From: Gammaproteobacteria bacterium
GTDB lineage: Bacteria; Pseudomonadota; Gammaproteobacteria; JASBUN01
DNA: 64,000 nt
Reading direction: 5' to 3'
NCBI GenBank assembly: GCA_030147845.1
Contig: JASBUN010000046.1
Coordinates: 64,430 to 128,429, forward strand
A program made the translations under genes and the position numbers. Positions 59,827 through 64,000 of this stretch are shown here, in pieces. The notes under the pieces were generated by a model. That model saw nothing but the letters and a program-made list of their open reading frames with translations, did not search any database and was not told the origin of the DNA. Each line of letters starts with the position of its first letter. Position 1 is the first letter of the stretch.

Positions 59827-60302
59827 ACCTAACGCAACAGCAGCTCGCGATGCGCGCACTGGTGGCCCGGGAACTGGAGCATGCCGAACACCTGCTCGAA
59901 CTGCTCGCTAAGGAGCGCACGACGCTTGGCACCGACGGTGATGCCATCGAAGCGCTGGCGAACGCCAAAGCCGAGCGCATAGAACAGCTCGAACAGTTGC
60001 ATGCTCAGCGTGTACAACTTTTGCAACAAGCCGGCTGCGACGGCAGTCGCGACGGCATGGATCTGTTTCTGCGGCGATCGCGATCCGGCGCAGAGTTGCG
60101 CAGCGCGTGGCAGCAACTGTTGGAAACCATCTCCGCCTGCCGCGATCAAAACCAGATCAACGGCATCATCGTCGAATCAACGCGCCGTAGTCTACGCGAT
60201 ACGTTGAGCATACTGCAGGGGCAACAACCGGACGACGCCACCTACGGCGAAAACGGTTATCAAACGTCGTCAAATTTGAGCCGCAGCTGGGCTAAAGCCT
60301 AG
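59823..60302 (+). CDS. flgN: FlgK/FlgL export chaperone FlgN
   Basis: A 159-aa helical protein whose start overlaps the flgM stop (ATGA). Confidence 0.75.
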   Translation: MNLTQQQLAMRALVARELEHAEHLLELLAKERTTLGTDGDAIEALANAKAERIEQLEQLHAQRVQLLQQAGCDGSRDGMDLFLRRSRSGAELRSAWQQLLETISACRDQNQINGIIVESTRRSLRDTLSILQGQQPDDATYGENGYQTSSNLSRSWAKA

Positions 60303-60563
60303 TCCTTCTTGGATTTACCCGATCAACGTAATGGTGCAAAGTGGACAGCGCCGAACAAGCGCAGTTCACGCGCGGCAACGAGCATGCTGCGCCGCTTTCC
60401 CACGCAATCGACGCTTCTTTGCGGATAAGTCCAAACGCCCTAAGCACCGATAGACCGGCATGTGCCGCGTCAAGGCTTCGTCCCACTTCTCGTTCGCGGT
60501 CGCTCGACGACGCCGCGTACCGCATACACTTCGACCTTTACGACCGACCGAAAATGACAAGCT

Positions 60564-61280
60564 ATGACCCGTTTGGATGGTGAACGAATTACTGACGCCG
60601 CTCGAGTCTCGTCACTGTTAAAACAGCTTCACGAACAGCGCGCCATACTGGCTGTAACGCTGCCTGACTCGACCGACAAATTTAATAGCGCCATTTTAGC
60701 CATCGACGAACCTGCGAAGCGAATGATGCTCGACGAGCTCACTCCGCGCATCGGCCACGAGCGTCTACTGACAAACGGCAAGCTGCACGTATTCGCACTA
60801 TTGCACGGCATCGGCATAAGCTTCGCCGCCACCTTACGCCAGGTAGGCCGCGAGTGCGGCATTTGCTACTATCGCATTCGCATACCCGAACAACTCAACT
60901 ATCTGCAGCAACGCGCCAATTTTCGTATTCGCGTCGGCATAACCAGCGGCATCACGGTCGTGCTACGCTGCGACCAACAGCAGCAGTTCCGCGGCCGGGT
61001 AATCGATATGTCCGAATCCGGCCTAGGTATCATGGTTCGGCGCGCCCTGCCACTCGAATGCGGCGAACGGCTGCCCTGTACACTGACGCTAGCCGATGGA
61101 CACGAAATCGAGTGTGAACTGGAGGTGCGCTACGTTAATCATGTAAGCCGCCCACACGAAGACACACACTTCGGTGGCCGTTTCCTCGATCTCGCGCCAC
61201 GCCTACATGAGCGCTTAGCACGGGCAATCATAAATTTGCAGCGTGAGTTAATGCGCAAACGGCCCAAAAATGCGCGCTAA
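60564..61280 (+). CDS. flgZ: PilZ-domain c-di-GMP receptor and flagellar brake protein (YcgR/FlgZ family)
   Basis: A PilZN domain plus a PilZ domain with an RxxxR motif (RANFRIRV) and a DxSxxG motif (DMSESGLG). It follows flgMN, as flgZ does in Pseudomonas. Confidence 0.75.
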   Translation: MTRLDGERITDAARVSSLLKQLHEQRAILAVTLPDSTDKFNSAILAIDEPAKRMMLDELTPRIGHERLLTNGKLHVFALLHGIGISFAATLRQVGRECGICYYRIRIPEQLNYLQQRANFRIRVGITSGITVVLRCDQQQQFRGRVIDMSESGLGIMVRRALPLECGERLPCTLTLADGHEIECELEVRYVNHVSRPHEDTHFGGRFLDLAPRLHERLARAIINLQRELMRKRPKNAR

Positions 61281-61972
61281 CGCCGTCGTTTGGACCTGCG
61301 CATAGTCATGGGTGCGCCGAACAGGCGCAATCCAGAGCCGCGCAAATCCTGTGGTCGATCAATATCGGTCAAGCGTTCCAACTCGGACCAGCGCCAGTGT
61401 AGACGATCAAACCGCGCGCGGGTGCGCCGAGCGACGTCGGATTGCCCCCAGTGCAGCCGACGAAAAACCGTCGCATGTGCGTGACGTAAGCCGATCAGCA
61501 CATAACCGCCGTCGAGCGTCGGTCCCAGTACCGCGTCGTCGCCGCGCTGCAAGCGGGCCAACGCCTCAGCGCAATGTGCCGCGGTTAGCCGCGGGCAGTC
61601 GGCGCCGATCAACACCGCGCCTTCGATATTGCCGCCCGACGCGGCGCGGAATCCGCACAGCATACGCTCGCCCAAATCGACTCCGTATTGACGGTGCAGG
61701 CTCACACCGAACGCCCGTCGACAGGCGGAAAAAAATGGGTGTTTGGGTGTCGGACTACACCAGAGCTGAAGCGGACAAAGACGCTCATCGGCCAAACGCC
61801 GCAGCAAAGACCACAACATGGCGCGATACACGATGGCGGCGCCACGATTACCGAGCGCGGGCGCCAAGCGCGTTTTTACCTTGCCGGGCAGCGGCGCTTT
61901 GGCGAACACCAGTATCCTGGCATCAGGGAATTGGTAATGCGCGCGCTGCCGCAGCGTAGTGGGCTTAATCAC
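61277..61972 (-). CDS. DUF2064-family protein (TIGR04282-like), the partner of the adjacent GT2 gene.
   Basis: A 231-aa protein that overlaps the upstream GT2 gene. My identification of the family comes from recognising the sequence pattern (ILVFAKAPLPGKVKTRL). Confidence 0.55.
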   Translation of the reverse strand: MIKPTTLRQRAHYQFPDARILVFAKAPLPGKVKTRLAPALGNRGAAIVYRAMLWSLLRRLADERLCPLQLWCSPTPKHPFFSACRRAFGVSLHRQYGVDLGERMLCGFRAASGGNIEGAVLIGADCPRLTAAHCAEALARLQRGDDAVLGPTLDGGYVLIGLRHAHATVFRRLHWGQSDVARRTRARFDRLHWRWSELERLTDIDRPQDLRGSGLRLFGAPMTMRRSKRRR

Positions 61973-62663
61973 AACGGCTACGTTTGTAATACCGGCGCGC
62001 CAAGCGCGCCGGGTCCGCGCCCAGGGCGAAACTCAGCCGCAGGTACCACATCAATAAAATAGTACGCACAACGCCCTCACGTTCCCAACGACGACTCGAC
62101 GTCAAAACGGGCGCTTTCACACGCAGTGGTCGACGTCTGCGTTTGAGCGCCCGGCTGAGCGCGATGTCTTCCATCAGCGCGATAGCCGGAAAGCCACCGA
62201 CATCTTCAAACAACGATCGGGACACAAACACGGCTTGGTCACCGGTGGCAATTCCGCTCCAGCGCGAGCGCCACTCCATCAGCGCCTCCACCACTCGCAG
62301 CGGCCAGGCCGGTGCGGATAAGCGGGCCATACAACGACCCCAGCACCGTCGTCGCCCGAGCGCTGCCAGCTCCATTAGCGCGGCGATGGCCTCGGCCGAG
62401 GGCAGCGTATCGGCATGGACGAACCAAAACAGATCGCCCTTGGCCACGGCTGCGCCGGCGTTCATCTGCGGCGCGCGGCCGCACTCGGCTGTGATCAAAC
62501 GGTCGGCATGCCTCTCGACCTTGCCCGGCGTGCCGTCGGTGCTACCGCCGTCGACAACGATGATTTCGTGCCCCGCCTGCCGTAGGCCCTGCAGCGCACG
62601 CATAAGCGCATCAATGCGTTGCGCTTCATTGAGGGTGGGAACGATAACCGAGATCAACGACAT
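61965..62663 (-). CDS. Family-2 glycosyltransferase (TIGR04283-like)
   Basis: It begins ISVIVPTLNEA and contains VVDGGSTDGT and a DxD-type GT-A fold. Confidence 0.7.
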   Translation of the reverse strand: MSLISVIVPTLNEAQRIDALMRALQGLRQAGHEIIVVDGGSTDGTPGKVERHADRLITAECGRAPQMNAGAAVAKGDLFWFVHADTLPSAEAIAALMELAALGRRRCWGRCMARLSAPAWPLRVVEALMEWRSRWSGIATGDQAVFVSRSLFEDVGGFPAIALMEDIALSRALKRRRRPLRVKAPVLTSSRRWEREGVVRTILLMWYLRLSFALGADPARLARRYYKRSRCD

Positions 62664-62747
62664 AGGACGTTTCCGTGCAGCTAGCAGACCAGGTTACAGC
62701 AGTGCTAGAATGTGGCGCTTCTACACCCAGGATACCCTGGCAGTAGC

Positions 62748-62823
<76 letters not shown>

Positions 62824-62836
62824 ATAAATTCATGAT

Positions 62837-62867
62837 CGGACCGCACCCTGCGCGGTCCGCACCTTTT
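62837..62867 (+). terminator. GC-rich hairpin (8-bp stem CGGACCGC/GCGGTCCG) followed by a TTTT run, between the two tRNAs.
   Basis: Seen directly in the sequence. It could be a terminator or a tRNA processing element. Confidence 0.3.
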
Positions 62868-62873
62868 CACTCC

Positions 62874-62950
62874 GCCTCGGTAGCTCAGTTGGATAGAGCA
62901 ACCCCCTCCTAAGGGGTAGGTCGCAGGTTCGACTCCTGCTCGGGGCGCCA
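62874..62950 (+). tRNA. tRNA-Arg (anticodon CCT)
   Basis: The cloverleaf folds by hand. It has the anticodon loop CTCCTAA, the T-loop GGTTCGACTCC and an encoded CCA 3' end. Confidence 0.85.
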
Positions 62951-62992
62951 ATGGGCATGGCAACGGCGATTAGCGGACGCAGCACGCGGCGC

Positions 62993-64000
62993 TCAACTCA
63001 ATCGGCGCGCTTCTACGACATTGGACAATTGACCGATTTTATCCAGCACGCGGCTCAACTGTCGAACATCAGTAATCTCCAAAGTCACGCGCATATGGGC
63101 AACGTGGTCCTGACGGTCGGTTACCGTGTTGAGCCCAATGACATTTACATTCTCGTTGGAAAACACCACAGTCACATCACGCAGCAGACCCTGGCGGTCG
63201 TACGCCAGTATCTGTACGTCGACCGTATAGGTCGAGGCGGTATGGCCGCCCCACGACACCTCAATCAACCGCTCGCGGCTACCTTGCTGCACGCGCAGCA
63301 CGTTGGCGCAATCGCGGCGGTGAACAGTCACACCGCGCCCGCGCGTAATATAGCCAATGATCTCATCGTTGGGCACCGGCTTGCAGCAACGTGCGATGTT
63401 GGTCAAAAGGTTGCCAACCCCTTCGACGCGCACGTCACCTGAGGCGACGCCGGCACTACGGCGGCGCGGTTGGACCACCGGCGCGAGATCGGTACGCGCC
63501 GGCGCGGCCAGTTCCTGTACCGCACCGGCAATCTGCGCCGAGGTCACTTCGCCGCGCCCCAGCGCGGCCAAAAAATCGTCGGGCTTCTGAAATTGGAATC
63601 GTCGCGTCAATCCGTCCAGACCAATCTCGGACACCCCTAGCCGATGCAACTCACGCTCAAGTGCCGAGCGTCCGGCGCTGACATTTTTTTCGTGATCCTG
63701 TTGCTTATACCATGAGCGTACCTTGGCGCGCGCACGCGCCGTCCTGAGATAACCGAGGTGTGGGTTCAGCCAATCGCGACTGGGAGTACCGTTACGGGTA
63801 GTCAGAATCTCGACCAGATCGCCGGATTTCAACTCGTAGGCCAGCGGCACGATACTGCCGTTTATTTTCGCTCCTCGACAACGGTGACCGACATCGGTAT
63901 GAATATGATAGGCGAAATCAAGCGGCGTCGCCCCAGCCGGCAAATCGACTACCTTGCCCGCCGGCGTCAGCACGTAGACCCGATCCTCGAATACTTCGGC
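62993..64000 (-). CDS. (p)ppGpp synthetase/hydrolase of the RelA/SpoT family; C-terminal TGS and ACT region only. The 5' part of the gene is beyond the window.
   Basis: The translated sequence includes VVDLPAGATPLDFAYHIHTDVGHRCRGAKINGSIVPL...GDLVEILT and a C-terminal ACT domain. Confidence 0.8.
   Translation of the reverse strand, partial: AEVFEDRVYVLTPAGKVVDLPAGATPLDFAYHIHTDVGHRCRGAKINGSIVPLAYELKSGDLVEILTTRNGTPSRDWLNPHLGYLRTARARAKVRSWYKQQDHEKNVSAGRSALERELHRLGVSEIGLDGLTRRFQFQKPDDFLAALGRGEVTSAQIAGAVQELAAPARTDLAPVVQPRRRSAGVASGDVRVEGVGNLLTNIARCCKPVPNDEIIGYITRGRGVTVHRRDCANVLRVQQGSRERLIEVSWGGHTASTYTVDVQILAYDRQGLLRDVTVVFSNENVNVIGLNTVTDRQDHVAHMRVTLEITDVRQLSRVLDKIGQLSNVVEARRLS

Overview
This window is almost entirely one large flagellar and chemotaxis regulon, arranged as in pseudomonads and Vibrio-like gammaproteobacteria. 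The organism appears to be a high-GC gammaproteobacterium. Nearly all genes lie on the minus strand. From left to right the window holds cheA (partial), cheZ, cheY, fliA, fleN, flhF, flhA, flhB, fliRQPONML, fliKJIHGFE, fleR, fleS, fleQ, an unknown 194-aa gene, fliT, fliS, fliD, flaG and fliC. Then comes a roughly 17 kb insert, followed by flgLKJIHGFEDCB, cheR and cheV. On the plus strand are flgA, flgM, flgN and a PilZ brake gene flgZ (ycgR-like). The window ends with a DUF2064 plus family-2 glycosyltransferase gene pair, tRNA-Ala, tRNA-Arg and the 3' end of a relA/spoT-family gene. By eye I found seven sigma54-type promoters (TGGCAC-N5-TTGC) just upstream of flagellar operons, two sigma28-type promoters upstream of fliC and flgM, and a strong terminator after fliC. 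The most unusual feature is the 29.1-46.0 kb insert between flgL and fliC, where pseudomonads carry their flagellin glycosylation island. It encodes five large cytoplasmic multidomain proteins and no transporter. Two are tandem TPR plus OGT-like (GT41) proteins, one of which also carries a heptosyltransferase-like (GT9) domain. One is a 2142-aa protein with about six glycosyltransferase (GT4/GT2) modules. One is a methyltransferase-TPR-GT2 fusion and one is a sulfotransferase-like plus TPR protein. The first four appear to be driven by their own sigma54 promoter. I interpret the insert as an undescribed flagellin O-glycan assembly system, possibly one that builds a methylated or sulfated oligosaccharide. 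A second oddity is an 85-bp tandem repeat, rich in GATC sites and hairpins, between fliK and fliL.
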